From contig NW_015167536.1 of the NCBI RefSeq assembly GCF_001447785.1, positions 496,001 through 560,000 of the forward strand: a DNA stretch of 64,000 nucleotides, given 5' to 3'. The notes beneath the pieces are model-generated. The model was not told the origin of the DNA. It searched no databases and saw nothing but the letters and a program-made list of their open reading frames with translations. Origin of the DNA: Gekko japonicus. Taxonomy: Eukaryota. Shown here in pieces: positions 1 to 13,700 of this stretch. The position numbers and the translations under genes were made by a program. Position 1 is the stretch's first letter, and each line of letters starts with the position of its first letter.

Positions 1-459
1 CGGCATCCCCCAGCCTATGAGGGAGCCCTGATCCGGACGGACCTTCCGAGCGAAAAAAATAAAAGTTGTCCTATGCAAAGCCTCGAAATGCCTGCTAGAA
101 AATTTTAAAAGGGGGGGGGGAGGAGGAGGAGGAGGAGCAGGAGGAGAGAAAGAGAAACCCGGGGAAAGGGGGGGGGGGCTTGTAAAACTTTTATGCCAAA
201 CAAAGTTATAAAAACTTTCCATGCGTTAAGATATCAAAAGGTTTATAACAATAATAAAGCGCGTATGCGCCTTGAGTTGGCGGCGGCGGCGGGGTGAATG
301 CGTGTTAACCTCCTTGCAGATACACTAAACCCACGGCGCTGGCTGAGTTAAATATTAAGTGCCATAAACACCACAGCTTGGTTCGAAATTTTTATTTTTG
401 TTTGCTGTTTTTCTTTTTTAAAATGCTCTGGCCTCCCCCCCCCCCCGCGCGCCACAGCA

Positions 460-605
460 NNNNNNNNNNNNNNNNNNNNNNNNNNNNNNNNNNNNNNNNN
501 NNNNNNNNNNNNNNNNNNNNNNNNNNNNNNNNNNNNNNNNNNNNNNNNNNNNNNNNNNNNNNNNNNNNNNNNNNNNNNNNNNNNNNNNNNNNNNNNNNNN
601 NNNNN
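460..605. other. Assembly gap (others: 4208-4249, 13754-13896, 17020-17035, 27247-27328, 55229-55239)
   Basis: Runs of N. Confidence 0.99.
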
Positions 606-2870
606 CCCGCCCCCCAAAACAACCAGCATAATCCCGGCGTACAAAGCGCCCTTGGCTCTTGGCGCCTTCCGCCCCTAGACCCCCAAATTTCAGAGAGGAG
701 AGAGCCGAAGAACTCCATTGCAGGGCTTTAAAATTACACCCTATTCCTAAGGAGAATGGTACCTTGACTCCCCCAGTGAAATACCCCCCCCCTCCGAAAA
801 GAAAAACAGTCCAAGGCACATTAACGGGTTATCCCTACCTCGCACTCCTGGTTAATACCCTTGTAAAGTCCCACATGGTCTATAAACTTGGATTTTACAA
901 CTGGCATTCCATTTTAGCTCGAGAAAACTTTGAACTAGGCCTCCAGTTTCATTGTGTCGCAGCCCCAGCAAAAGCCAGAGAAGGGGAGGGGGGAACGGGG
1001 AGGGGGGGGAAGCAGAGGGGGAAGTGAGAGCGTGTGGGTGGGTGGGGGGAGAGAGAGAGCTGGAAGAAAGCTCGGCTAAGACGCCCTGATTTGTTTACTA
1101 TTTACTGCGGAAGTCTTTTTCGATGGCCAGACGGGGGTAATTAAGGGAGGGGGGAAAATTAAGCTGTTTAGGGCCGCAGTCTTTATTACAATGTCTAGAC
1201 TTGTCGCCCCCTTTGTCCAGACAAACCGCCGCAGTTACGGGATATTTAAGTGGGCTTTTTGACCTGGCCGATACCTACCTCATTGCGCCTAGGTTTAACC
1301 GGCCTAACCCTAGAGAGGTTTCCAGAGCCCTTATTTCACGAGAGGCGGATGTCTCTGAACGACCAGCCATGCTACTTGCCCCCCCCCCTCAGATCTCCCA
1401 CGATACACCCACCACCATGAGTGGGATAGTGGGTCCCACGTCTCTTGGAAAGGCTGCTTTGGAAGGCAGCAGGTCTACCTGAAGGTCCCGCTGGCCCCCA
1501 ACCGTTCTCGCCTACTTGGGAGGGACAACAGCCATCAAAGGACCGTCCATTCTAAGAGAACACCTGGTTTAGGCCTTGCGCGCTCCATCCGAGGAAGAGC
1601 GAAGGGCGCGTGCAGGCCTGGTATTCTCCGGGTTCTCCGCTGTCTCCATTTAAAAAAAAGAAGAAGGGAAAAGATGGAAGGGGGAGGGAAATGGGGGGGG
1701 GAAGAAAGCAGACAGTTGCCATCCAGAAGGTCTAATCTTATCCCCGCATCTCGCGTAATGAGAAACACTCCTGTTAACATCACCCCTTTCAGAAAATATC
1801 ATGGCGAGACGGAAGACGGGTCTATCAAGAAGGCTAAACTCTCTCACTTCAAACCCCCCCCCCCGTTTCTTGCAAACTAAGCACATTTTTGTGGGTTTCC
1901 TCATTGCTGACAAATCAAACCAAAGAGACAACATCAAAGAGTGTTCATTGAACAGGATACTACTTTTAAAACCGTGCACAAAAAAAAGAAGAAGTAAAAA
2001 GTTGCCTTGCCCGTGGACGGGAATATAATTTGGTTGCAGCTTGTCCCTTCGCCCTGAAACACCCCTGAGACATCAAATGTGAGTCACACAAATATGCATC
2101 AGGAGCCAAGGGGGTCATACCCCCACACACAATTTTTAAAATTTGAATCCCAAGTTAAAGCACTGGACGAAGGCGTCTTCTTATGTATTTTTGTCCCTCG
2201 GAAAGCCAATCGGGTTTCTTACACGGAGGGAAGCGTGCGTGCGGGACTTATTGTGTACACCTAAAACAGCGCTTCTATCCAGTGTCCGGGAGTTGAACTT
2301 GTTTTGTTTAAAAGAAGGATTTAAGTACTTGACTTTGCATTTGCGCATTGTGCGGGGAAAGGAGGGGGGGGGAGAAGTCCCTTATCCTTGACATTACAGA
2401 AATTTCGACTTGGGGGCTCGTCCCGTCCGAGACGTGCTCCCTCACCACCCTTTGAGCGTCTTTGCAATATTGCTCATTAAGCCCCCCCCCCAGCATATTG
2501 CAATAGGATGTGGGGGAAAAGGGGGAGGGGAGAAAGAGGAAAAGAAATAAAAAGAGTAAGTACATTGGGAAAACAGACAAAGACATCTGGAGCCAAGCAC
2601 AGAACTGTATTATTGGGCCAAGAAATTCCTATAAATTTAAATGCGATGATGAAAACAATGAACTCCACAACAAATGTCTAGTTAAATGCAGAAGGTTCAT
2701 ATTAATTTGGCCAATATCTCATATATATATCGACACACACACATAGCATTTTGGTATTTAAAATTCTATAGGAAAGTCCATACCACATTGACCGCAATGA
2801 GTTTTTTTTAAGAGGGAAATACTAATAAAATGGTCAAATAAAATCATGATGTAGAACAGCTTGAAATGTC

Positions 2871-2876
2871 TTTATT
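2871..2876 (-). terminator. Candidate HOXC11 polyadenylation signal (AATAAA)
   Basis: tttatt on + strand, ~980 nt past the stop codon, at the end of an AT-rich 3'UTR-like tract. A second candidate lies near 2932. Confidence 0.5.
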
Positions 2877-3852
2877 TGCCACAGAATTTCACAGAGTTTC
2901 CCGGGATTCACTCCTTTACATACACAAAGATTTTATTTTTTTTTAATAATTGCAAATGTTGTTCTTGGTGTTGTTGTTGATCTTGTTGCTGATGTTGGTC
3001 TCACGTCGAGAGCGAAGAAAATAATGCATTTTACATACTATTTCAGAGACAGTTATTGCAAATTTATCGTCGTCCATTCCCCTTCCTCCCTGTCCATCCC
3101 CCACCCCCTACCCTAACCCCCAGATGCAAAAAAATAAAAAATAAAAATAAAAATCCGGGACTGCATAGAATATGAACATATAAAAGATACAATGAAAATC
3201 ACACCATTAGAGTGATACGGATTCCTGGAATACTTTAAATAAGTTTTCAAGCGAACAACAGTCCTTGGCATGTACAGCAGTGGAACTCTGAATGGAGAGC
3301 AGTGTGTGTGTGTCTCTCTCTGTGTGTGTCTGTGTGCACAGGTGAACACGTGTGGGTAGATCCACATACATCTGCATGCACCCTCACACAACGCCCTCCT
3401 CCCAGTGAAAGACAGGGAGTCTTTGGGGGGCGCTTTTGCGTAACCAGATCATCAGTCTGCGAGGTTCAGGATACAGCACTGTGGTTTCTTCCATCGGACA
3501 TGGACTGGCGACGAGGCAGAAGAAGGAAAAATAATAATTAAAAAAACGTAATTCCCATTCTTCGAGACTAAATGTTAAATAAAAAAAATGCAGTTCATAC
3601 GAGTCTCCGAGTCCTTTTAACGTTTAGGTCATGGGGGGGGAGGGGGGAAAACTTGTGTGACTCCTTATTGTGGTTAAGCCGACCAGGTCCCACACATTAC
3701 AAAGATAAGGAAGGAAAAGGCTTAAAACTCTCGAGGGTCGCTGGTCGCCTCCCACAGTCAAAGCCGGGCTTGCAGCGCTCCTTCTTCATACACAGAATAC
3801 TTCAACAAGCAAGAGAAGCATTTGTTAATATATTTTTTTTAACAAAATAGGT

Positions 3853-4085
3853 TCACAATAAGGGATTTCCAGAGAAATACTGCAGGCGGTCTCTGCTTAG
3901 TTTTTTTTCTTTCATCCTTCTGTTCTGAAACCAAATTTTAACCTGTCGGTCGGTGAGATTCAACATCCTGGACAGCTGCAGCCTTTTCTCTTTGTTGATG
4001 TAGACGTTGAAGAAAAACTCTCTCTCGAGCTCTCGGATTTGGAATTTTGAATAGGGACACCGCTTCTTTCTCGTGCGGGGGGTAC
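3853..4085 (-). CDS. HOXC11: Homeobox protein Hox-C11, exon 2 (homeodomain)
   Basis: Acceptor after a pyrimidine tract (...cccaaag|GT). Manual translation [80 protein letters not shown] at 3855-3853. Joins exon 1 in frame (303 aa). Confidence 0.96.
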
Positions 4086-5541
4086 CTTTGGGAGGAGAAG
4101 AAGAAGAAGAAGAAGAGAGGGGAGAAAATACAGCCAGGAGGGAATGAAAGTGACCAAGCCAACGGAAGAACCAATGCCCATCATTTTCCTCCCCCCCCCC
4201 ATCACAGNNNNNNNNNNNNNNNNNNNNNNNNNNNNNNNNNNNNNNNNNNGGATCTTAGCAGGCGTGTCTAGCACAGCCATGAGGACCGTTGTCCCTCTTA
4301 AGTTTGGAATGTATGAGCATAGAAGGCTTGGGGGGGGGAGAACTGCTTTCTAAGCTTGAACCCTGGCTTATTGCTGCAACCAACAATGGCTGCTGGGGAG
4401 TGTGAGGGATCCACCACAGCAGTGGGGAGGCGAGGCGTTCAAAGGGCCAATCTGCAGACCCCCCTCTCTCTAGAGTCAGCATGAGCAATGTTACAGCTAT
4501 AGGAACCGGGCATTCTGTTCTGCAGAAGTTTTTGATTAAGGGGAATGGCACCCTCCACAGACACGCCGCACACTCAGAGACGCAGAGAGAAAGAGACAGA
4601 GAGAGGAGAGACACATTTTTTTTTAAAAAAAAAAAAAAATCAAAGCAACAGATCTGAACAGTGGAGAAGGAAGTTCGCCCAGGAACAGAAATTGCTTTAT
4701 GTCTGCCTGTCCGTCCTTCCATCCCTGCACCCAGCTATCGATGGGGCAGAGCCGATGGCACAGAACGCTTCATTCTAGTATGAATGAAAAGGAACGGACC
4801 ACACCGGGGAACACTGGCTAGACCAGTTGCTTTGATTCAGATTTAGAAAAACAAACAAGCAAACAAACAACCACCCCCACGCACTTGCATTCCTCCCCCC
4901 CCCAAATAAAGCACCTTTAACAACAAAATAATGTTAAAAGTCAACCCAGAAATCCCGTTTAGAAAAGCAATTGCAGTCTTATAGGGAGAAACAAAGCACC
5001 GTCCGCAGACAACACGTTGTCTCCCCCTCCCCAGAAAAACACACTGATTTCAACCTAGACACACATTTTGAATTAAATTTAGAGACAGAGATAGAGATAG
5101 GTAGAGATGTAACCCCCCTCCCCCCCCCCTCGGCATGCACCTCTTAGAGCCTCCTCGAGAGGACAGGAAGCGCCGAGGCTTGTGTTCTGCCCAATTGCCT
5201 TTTACCCCCTCCGAAGCCCGGGACCGAATCCTTTTAAAATGCTCGTGTAAGTTCATGATCAAAGTTAATATTTGTCACCATGGCGCGCTTTTAAAAATTT
5301 CACAGACTCCGGAGATACTGTGTCTGCCGCCTAACATCTCCATTCTCCCCTCCAAGAGCCTTTCCCATCGTAAAAATCCTTCCTCGTTGCAAGAAAGAGC
5401 TTTGTAGGTTATAATAAAATCCTTTGAATGCTTATAAAACTCCACATAAAATTTGACCGACAAAACAGCGGGCTAGTCCCTTAACCTTTCCCATTTACTG
5501 CTCTGCTCTCTCGCTCGCTCGCTCGCTCTCCCGCTACCTAC

Positions 5542-6220
5542 TCGCGCTGCCGCTCTTGCTGCCTTCCTTGTTGACAGAGGAGGAAGAGGCTGAGGAGCCC
5601 GGGTTGGTGTTCTCCTCTTCGTCTTCCGGGTCTACGCCTTGGTCGCCGCGGGATGACAGCGCGCCGGGCTGGGAGTCGGTCTCCAGCTTGCCCTCGCCCT
5701 TCTGCAGGCAGGGCTCCGGCGGGGTCTCGGTGGAGCAATAGGCGTTCTCGAAGAAGCGGTCGAAGCCCTGCGGGAGGACGCTGTTCTTGTTCATGCTGGA
5801 GTAGAAGCCCGTGGACGCCGGGTGGTTGGCGCTGGGGTGGTGGTGGTGGCTGTAGGCGCTCTCGTTTTTCATTAGCATTTCGGTCATGGTGGAAGGCGGG
5901 AGGCACTCGCGGTGCATCAGCTCCTCCGCCGAGTAGCACGAGGCGTAATTGCTTCTATGGTGCCATTTATTGGAAGGGTCCAGCCCGTAGGAAACCTCCC
6001 GCACGGGCTGCACTTGCGAGAGGTTGGTGGAGTAAGGGTAGGAGATTTGGCGAGAGGGGGCCTGTGGCAGGAAAGATGACACAGTCGAAAATTCTGGGAC
6101 GTAATAGGTGCAGCTGGGGAGGTAGAGGTTGGAAGCGCAACCTGCCCGCTCGCCAAAGTCGGCGCTCCGCTCTTTGCGCGACTGCGAGCAGAAGTTTCCC
6201 AGGTTGACTGAGTTAAACAT
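5542..6220 (-). CDS. HOXC11: Homeobox protein Hox-C11, exon 1
   Basis: ATG at 6220 gives [40 protein letters not shown]...[12 protein letters not shown], the HoxC11 N-terminus. Phase-1 donor A|GTAGGT at 5541. 679 nt. Confidence 0.96.
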
Positions 6221-6370
6221 CTTTCTTCCTTTTCTCGCTCCTATAGATAGATGTTTTGGATCCGAGGTGCAGAGGGGGAAAAATTTGGGAAGGCGAGATG
6301 ACGCGCGATCCGTCTTAGTCGCTCTCTCCAGGACACGTGATCCAAAGTAGATATTGTCATATATCAGTTT
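6221..6370 (-). promoter_or_regulatory. HOXC11 proximal promoter / 5'UTR with E-box
   Basis: CACGTG at 6334-6339, TGACG half-CRE at ~6299-6303 and a TATA-like GATATATG at ~6358-6365, directly upstream of the ATG. Confidence 0.55.
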
Positions 6371-7721
6371 GGAGCACTTAGAGGCGTAGGAGTGGTTCAC
6401 TTAGGTAAGATTCTCAGAGGTTCAAACGATTGGTTTCAAAACACCGCAGAAACATTATGAAAATCAATCGCAGATTTGTATTCATTTTCTTCCAGGAGCC
6501 CCCCCCCCCCCGGCCCCGCAGGCATTCAAGGCAGAGTGCGAGAGGATGGCTTGTGAACTTCTTTCGCTCTCGCTCTCCTATTTGGATTTTGCTTTCAGTG
6601 GTTCAGGAGGATTCGGAAATGGGTATGAGGTGGGGGTAGCTCAGGGGTGGGTGAAAGAAGGGAGGGTCTAAGGGATGTGTTAACTGTATTCCCCCCCCCT
6701 TCACTTTTTTTTCTTCCTTTCCATGCTAGTCACATTTTAGGCGTGATCAGGCATATTCTGTTTCTTCTTCTTTTTTTTAAAAAAGCGATCCAACTATTAG
6801 AAGGCCTGGGGATTGGATAAAGATTCTTCTGTAAGTTTTCCAACATTTCTCAAGCTCTAATTTTAATAAGGAGGACCTGTCTCCATATTGGGGGTGGGTG
6901 GGTTTGGAAACAGATAGACAGGCAGACCAGTAGACAGACAGACAGATACCAGTTAGCAAGTTTCTATCATTTATTGGTGAACTAGATCCCTCCATATGCA
7001 TCTCAGGTATGCAGAAACCTTATCTGCTCAAGAGAATGCCCCCTTCTGCAGCAATGCCAAATGGCACAGTAAACTTTTAAACTTTTCGGCTCATCTAAGT
7101 CCAAAACTTGAACCCATTGAGGCCTGGCGTTGCGACTCTGGAATATTCAAATTAGGATAAATGCAAACCAGGGCAGAGACTGAAGCCCATGAATTAAGTC
7201 AGGACTGCTAAATATTCGAACGCTCCCTTAACATTTGGTTAAATATTTATTATGTAAGTGTAGTATATTGAATATTTAATGCAGCTGTTTATTGTCAATC
7301 AATGTACCTTCCCAATGCCTGGCGACCTTTAGCTCTCAGGCTAAATTAACAAAAAAGGTGGGGAAATGTGGGGGAAATTAACATTTGTTTAAAATTAAAG
7401 TAATTCGTCCTTGCATTTGGTGCTTTTTGAGGGTCACCCCCTCTCTGTGTCTCTCCAAGTTTAGAGTCGGAAGAGGGATTCCCTATGTGACGTCCAGGCA
7501 ATTCTTAACCTAAAGTTTCTTCTTCGAAATAGAATCTGTAAATCCAGCCTTGGCAAGGGATATCAAGAATCCGGACCGTTGTTAGACTGCTTGCATGTCC
7601 TTGGAAGTATCTTTAACTGTGTGTGTGTGCTTACAAACCTTCTATCTTTCAGGTTATCTTGAGCACACAAACTAGCTCAGCAAAGAGGTTTTGCTTCTGG
7701 ACAGAATGCCATCCTTTTGGC

Positions 7722-7781
7722 AATAATAATAATAACAATAATAATAATAATAACAATAACAACAATGATAATAATGATGAT
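7722..7781. repeat. (AAT/AAC)n microsatellite
   Basis: Direct reading. Confidence 0.9.
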
Positions 7782-10700
7782 GTATCTCACACGTCTGTTG
7801 CATCTTTGTACCTATCTCAGTCTTCTCACTCTGGACTTTTATTTTATTTTATTTTAAGAGCCAAGTTATCACTTCGCTGATATTTCTTGCTTCGTTCTAT
7901 CACACTGTTCTGTGAAAGGATTTGAGGGGGGGGGTAGACCTTTGCTTTGTTTACAACTGAACCCTCCCGCCTGAGCCTTCCTCGCTGGCTCCAATGCTGG
8001 ACAGTTTAAGAGCCCCATAACCAAATTCACACAGCATCAGGAGGGCGAAATGACTTTACTGGTGATATCCTGTCAATTCGTGTTGCCGTAAATTAACCTC
8101 CTAAGAACAAATAACAAAGCCCAGAAACATAACAGGCTGCTCTACAGTAATATGTGGGGAGCCGGGACTATTTGGGGACGTTATGGCTCGTGCCAAGAAT
8201 TTCCTTTGGAAAAGTCTGAAGATGTCTTTTGTTGTTAAAAAACAAAAACAAAACCCCATTGCAGTCCCAGGAAGGCAAGGGACCAAAGAAGTCGGAGGAT
8301 CTGCGATGACCTCATTCGCCCCATGTCTTTAAAGAAAAATAACTGTTGGAAATATAGGTAGCTCATGTGCCTTTTAAATCAGCAGGTAGTGTCTAAACAG
8401 CAGGTAGCATTTGGTTTGCAGGCAAAATAATGATAATAGTCGTAGGCGTCTTTCAAACGCCCCGGGGAAGGAGAAGATGACTGCCCAGAACAAAATTGAA
8501 CATGAAATTAATAAGCAAGGTGCTTTGAAAATAGTTACTAAGGATGCCAAGGAACGGGCGGAAGGAAGATCAAAACCTTTCAAAAAAATAATCATGTGTC
8601 TTGGGGAAGACGGAAGGGGGAAGGGAGACACTTGGCGATGCAGTCTTGCTTTGCAGACGCGCAGTGGATCTTCTGGACTATAGTTGGGTCTTAATGGATT
8701 CGTGAGAGATCCTCCAGGCAATACCAAGTCGAAAGATGGCGGCTCCATCGTTTTACCCTGACTCTAGGAGCATAACCAACCTGAACTTGGGATTTTATCC
8801 TACGAGCTCCAGAGGGATGGGGTGGCCGTGGCTGTTCTGGACCCTCTCCCTGGGGGGGGGGGGAGAAGCTTCCCAAACCGTGTGCAAATAATACGTACTC
8901 TCTATTATCACCATTTCCAACTCTTCTGTGCTTTGCAAACATACCTCACTGCAATGGCAAAGAGGAAGGAAACCCGGCCGGGGGGGAGGGATGCTAGAAA
9001 GATGGGCTCCGCCATCTCGCCTGCTTTTACGAGTTGGATGTTGTTTTTGGACCAAACTTTTAATTAAACTGTCAGGCAGCCTTCAACTTGCCCTTTTACG
9101 GAGCAATATTAGTACGAATTACTATAATAAAGATATTCTTCACCAGGGTCATTACTGTCCCCCCCCCCTTTCACTCCCAAGTCTTTGGAACCTGCCCGGG
9201 TGGTGAAGAATCCAACACGTTTGCAATGATATTGGGCGGGGGGTGGGTGGGGGAGAGATGCGTGTGGAGAGGACAGAAAGATGCTCCAGCATCCATTGTA
9301 GAATGCCTTCGCCACCCTCCCCAGTTTGGAGCAGCAGAATCTCGGTCTTATTCGGCTTCTCTGGTGACCAACAGAAGGGGTTGCGGCCGAAAACCTGTGG
9401 GGTCTAACCCGCAGGATCTCTCTCCTTTAGGTGTGCCAATCATTTATTGCTCTTAATAGGTAGATATAAGCCAAAGCAAGCCTCGGTGCCGCTGTGCTTT
9501 ATAAAGTCCGGTTTAAAGGCTAGGATTTGTCGGCTTCCTGCGAAGAAGCACAGAGAAGACAGCTGTGGAGCCACAGCACTTGAATTTGAACCACCAAAGT
9601 CAATTCCCTGCCTACCATAAAACAGAAGAATGAAGGCTGGAAGTCTCACATTCCTTTTGGTCTCCGCTTTCTTTTTTCTTTCTTTCTTTTTTTTTTAAAG
9701 GCCAATGAGTATAAGGCAAATAAACCGTAAGGTCTGCTAAGATCTTTAATCGTTGATAGATTTCATATTCTCAGCCAAGAATGACGGTGTGTTTTTTTAA
9801 TGGCTTTTTAAAAAATGGAACGAGAAAAAAAACAGTAATAGTGATAGTTATAGTAATTGCTGTAGTAGTAATAATGCCAATAATAGTACTGATACTGGAC
9901 TCAAATCTAACAGTACTAATAATAGTCATTATATTTATTATGAGTCGTAGTATTAAAACATTCCAAGAAAGGAGTGAGGAAAGAGTTTTCAAAGTTGTCC
10001 CTACGGTGAGGGGTCTTCATTTTAATGGAGACAGACAGGCAGACAGGAAGAAAGAAAGAAAGAAAGAAAGCGGGGGAAAGGAAGGAAGGAAGGAACGAAC
10101 GAAACCACACTAGAAGACCAAAGAATACAACTAAGCAGCAGAACAGGCGACCGGATTATGTCAATTGTCAAGCAGGGCTTCAGTTGTGTAATTAGACATA
10201 TGCCTGTGGATCTGGGTGGCTGCGTGTGGCTCTCGCAGTGTATAGCAGCACTGCTTTGCAAAGTTAATACATAAAATAATTATTAATCTCCATCTCATGC
10301 CGCCAGATCACTTGCTTGAGACAACAACGGGGACACAGAGTATAGGGGGGGCGGGGGAAAGAAGGGAGCAAAATATCAATTCGGGCAAAACTTTCTAAGG
10401 AAACATCCTTTCTTTGTAGCTAAAACCCCCCCGAACTTCCAAAGAACCCTGCTCCCTTCCATCTATGACGGACTTGGTCAAAGCAATACAACCGCACAGG
10501 GTTCTGTGTAAAAAAGGAGACTGAACTTTGTAGAAAGTCCAAATTGGATTTGCACGGCAATAGACATTCGCCATCAGGAAACTAGCTTATCTGCTCCGTT
10601 ATCAATTTGAAAAAGAAAATGATGTTAAAACGGGATTAATTTTGGGGGACTGAACTTGTGAACACGTGTTTTCGAAAATCACTGTAAAGAGTCATCACTT

Positions 10701-13700
10701 AGGTTTACAATTAGATTGTTATGTCCCATATGATTACCTGTACATCTCTCACAAGAAGCTGGATAGGGTGACTTCAGGAAAAAAAGAGTTTTCACCATTT
10801 AATGTATGCCTAAATAAACGGATGTATTCGGTTAATAGGTAAACTAATGTGTTCTGTTATCGTGTCCGTCCGTCCCCCCAATCTCCCTGTGGTTTCTTTT
10901 CCTGTTGGCTTTTCCACGAATTTGGTGACGAAGCCGGAGCAGTTAACCTGTCCGTCTGTCGGCATATTGAACAGAAGAACAAATAGCTATGCAGATATAT
11001 ATATAGTTCCTTGTGGGTGGGAGCAACAGTGATGGGGCTGCGGAAAAGCCACCCCAATTTTTTTCAAGTACCACGCCTTGGTTTGGTTAAAGAGGTCCAA
11101 ACTCCTGGCGCCTGTGATCTACCCGTCTAACCTATGCATCTGAATGAACTTCCTCGGCGGTAGACACGCATTGATTCCCATGCCAACGTGCTGGGGATCT
11201 CCGCCTAGAAATGACATGGCCTTGTCGTATTTGGTGCCACTGCAATGTGATTACTTCCTAAGGAAAAATAAAATACCTCGATAGCATTTAAATCAAGCCA
11301 ATGGGTACCGCGGACCTTACGCCAGTAAAGCAGACTATCCTCGGCGGCCTGTGTGTTCAGGAAATCCGGGGCCAGAGACAATAGCTACAAGTAGGAAGCC
11401 CTTAGAAAATATTATTGTCCCCCAACGGCAAAGATAAATTTAATTGGATATAAGCCAGCCTACTAAAGACAACTTCATAAGCTGCGAACGATTCAAAGCG
11501 GGGGAATGGGTCTTCAGATCTTCCGCAGACCAGGGCTGCAAGTTCAAAATCATGTGGACCCAATAAAGATAAAAGCTGATAAGCTGAATTGCTTCCCAGC
11601 CACACACAAAGTAAACACGGCGCGTCGTAAGTGCGCCCAGGGCTGTCCCGACTCGAGGTCCCGCTTTTTACAGAATTCTTCTCTGGCCAGGACTGATGTA
11701 ACATAAACCGCCAGAATGGTGCGGATCGCCAGTGATGCTTGGCTCATTGGAAGGGATAATGAAGCGCAGCCAGTTCTCAGTGGCTCTGTTCCAATCCGCC
11801 CCTACTTTAGAGTAAGGCCGACAGAACTCAGGGAGGCCAGACCGGCGGGCCCAGCCTGGACAAATTTACTTGGAAGTCAGTTAGCCCACCCAGTCCCCTG
11901 GTGCTTGCTTTCGAGGAGACTTACATAGTTTTGCAGCTTTGTTTCCACAAGGAGCAAGTTCTTCTGGTCGTCTTCATGGTAATGTCCATGACTGGCCAGG
12001 CCAATGAGTGGACAATCAGTAGAGAATAAGGAACTCTATTAAGTATCTATAGCCCCCCCCCCCCGAATATATGTGTGTGTGTGCACACCTATGGATGTGC
12101 ATGCTCTCTATCTGAAATTATAGTTATCTATGACTGATTCATTGATTGATAGACAGGACAGATAGGATGTAACATATGTTTGTTCACTAGACTTTGCCAA
12201 GCTCACTAGACTTTGCCAATGGACATATGGCTTATTTTGCTTTTTCAAAGGAAAGGAGAAGTCAATTTTCGGAGCCCGGGTCAGTTTTTAAGAAATTATA
12301 AGCGCATTGTGTTGCGTAAAATTCAAAGAGGGCCGTTCATAACCCAACATATAAACCTTATGGGGAGGGGGGGGGCTTTAAAAGCAACAAACATTCTAAA
12401 TCATATCCATATAAAACACACAACAGACTTGCATGTATTCAAGAAGGTTTTATTTCCCGCAGAGGAACTCTGACAAACGCAAGAGCGGATATAAAGTTCC
12501 CATCTTTCCCCCCGATGAAAGTGCTGTTTCCCACCCGAGCCCTGTTTATTATCCAATATCTGGTCACGCACAATATAAAATTGCATGTGAAGGTAGATCG
12601 TACACAATGAGAAGTCGCCCGTGTGAGTGAGGTTTGTCCAAAAGGTTTATGGAAGACCAATTTAATTTCGGTGGTGTGAGCTGAAGACATTTTTTTTTTA
12701 AAGCACACACGTACACACACACACACACAACCTCGATACCTACATATCTTTCTTTTCCGCCAGCAGGCAGCTTTATTCCCATCAGGCACGCCATGATCAA
12801 AGTAAAATCTCAACATTTTTACAGGGGGGAGACCTATCTTCTACAGCTTTCTTCTCTCCTCTCCCCAACGTGGGCCAGTCATGCTGGAAACAGCTCCACT
12901 AGTACCACTACCCACATTTATCAGACTAAAATCTTTTTAAAAAATCCCTGAAATAGTTATGTGGTGACAGTTCGGCAACCACAGAGCCCACCTATAAGGA
13001 TTGCACATTACTTCGGAGCGCCTTTGGGCAAGGCTAGGAAATATCAGTCCCTTTGTTTGCATGGGAGGCTGTGCGCCTGCGCACGGCGGAGTATCTGTTT
13101 CTTTGGCTGGGGATGAGTTCCTGGATTATAAGAAAACACAGACCTCTGGAAATTATTTAACGCGCTTCCCCCCCCCCCGGACTATATCTTTAGAAATTAA
13201 GGAAGTGTTGGGGATTCACCTGCGAATGGGTTTTCAAATTCATTTCACAGTGTCATTTTACATACAACGCCCAAAGAGCCCTTTTCTTTTCTTTTGGATA
13301 ATAGTCGTTTAAATCAGGGCTTCTTTTCTTTTAATTTTCTGGGTTAGCGGTGGATGATTTCAGGTGTCCCCTTCCTTTCTCTGTACCACCCAGAACAGTA
13401 CCTGATCCTGTTCCCCGCACTTGGACGTCTGTCTCTCCTATCTAACCTCGTTTCACTTTTCATATTCATATGCGCCTTGGACAGGCTTCCTTGAAAGCCT
13501 GAATGAAAATCTTTTTTAATGAACTGGATGGGTTCAAAATTGCCGAGAACAAAAGGCTTATTGGGGGCACGATCCGACCAAATTTAGGTGCTTTTAAGCC
13601 CAATTGACGGCCACGGGAGAATTAAGAACCACTTAACCGCCCTCCCCCCCTAATCAATTGGACTCCAAAGGACTCCAAAGTGACTATCTTTGACCACATC

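Noticed and set aside
6221-6400. 60-codon in-frame N-terminal extension of HOXC11 in the ORF track
   Set aside because: Starts at GTG and runs through promoter motifs; the conserved protein begins [10 protein letters not shown] at 6220.
8733-8743. YY1 consensus AAGATGGCGGC (similar at ~37154 and ~43995) and several partial CTCF-like motifs (~24793, ~28432, ~45022)
   Set aside because: Single short motifs or imperfect matches are expected by chance in 64 kb and cannot be supported without PWM scoring or ChIP.
12184-12219. 17-bp direct repeat TCACTAGACTTTGCCAA x2 (similar small duplications at ~13660 and ~16298)
   Set aside because: Simple local slippage duplications; not an array, CRISPR or TSD-flanked element.
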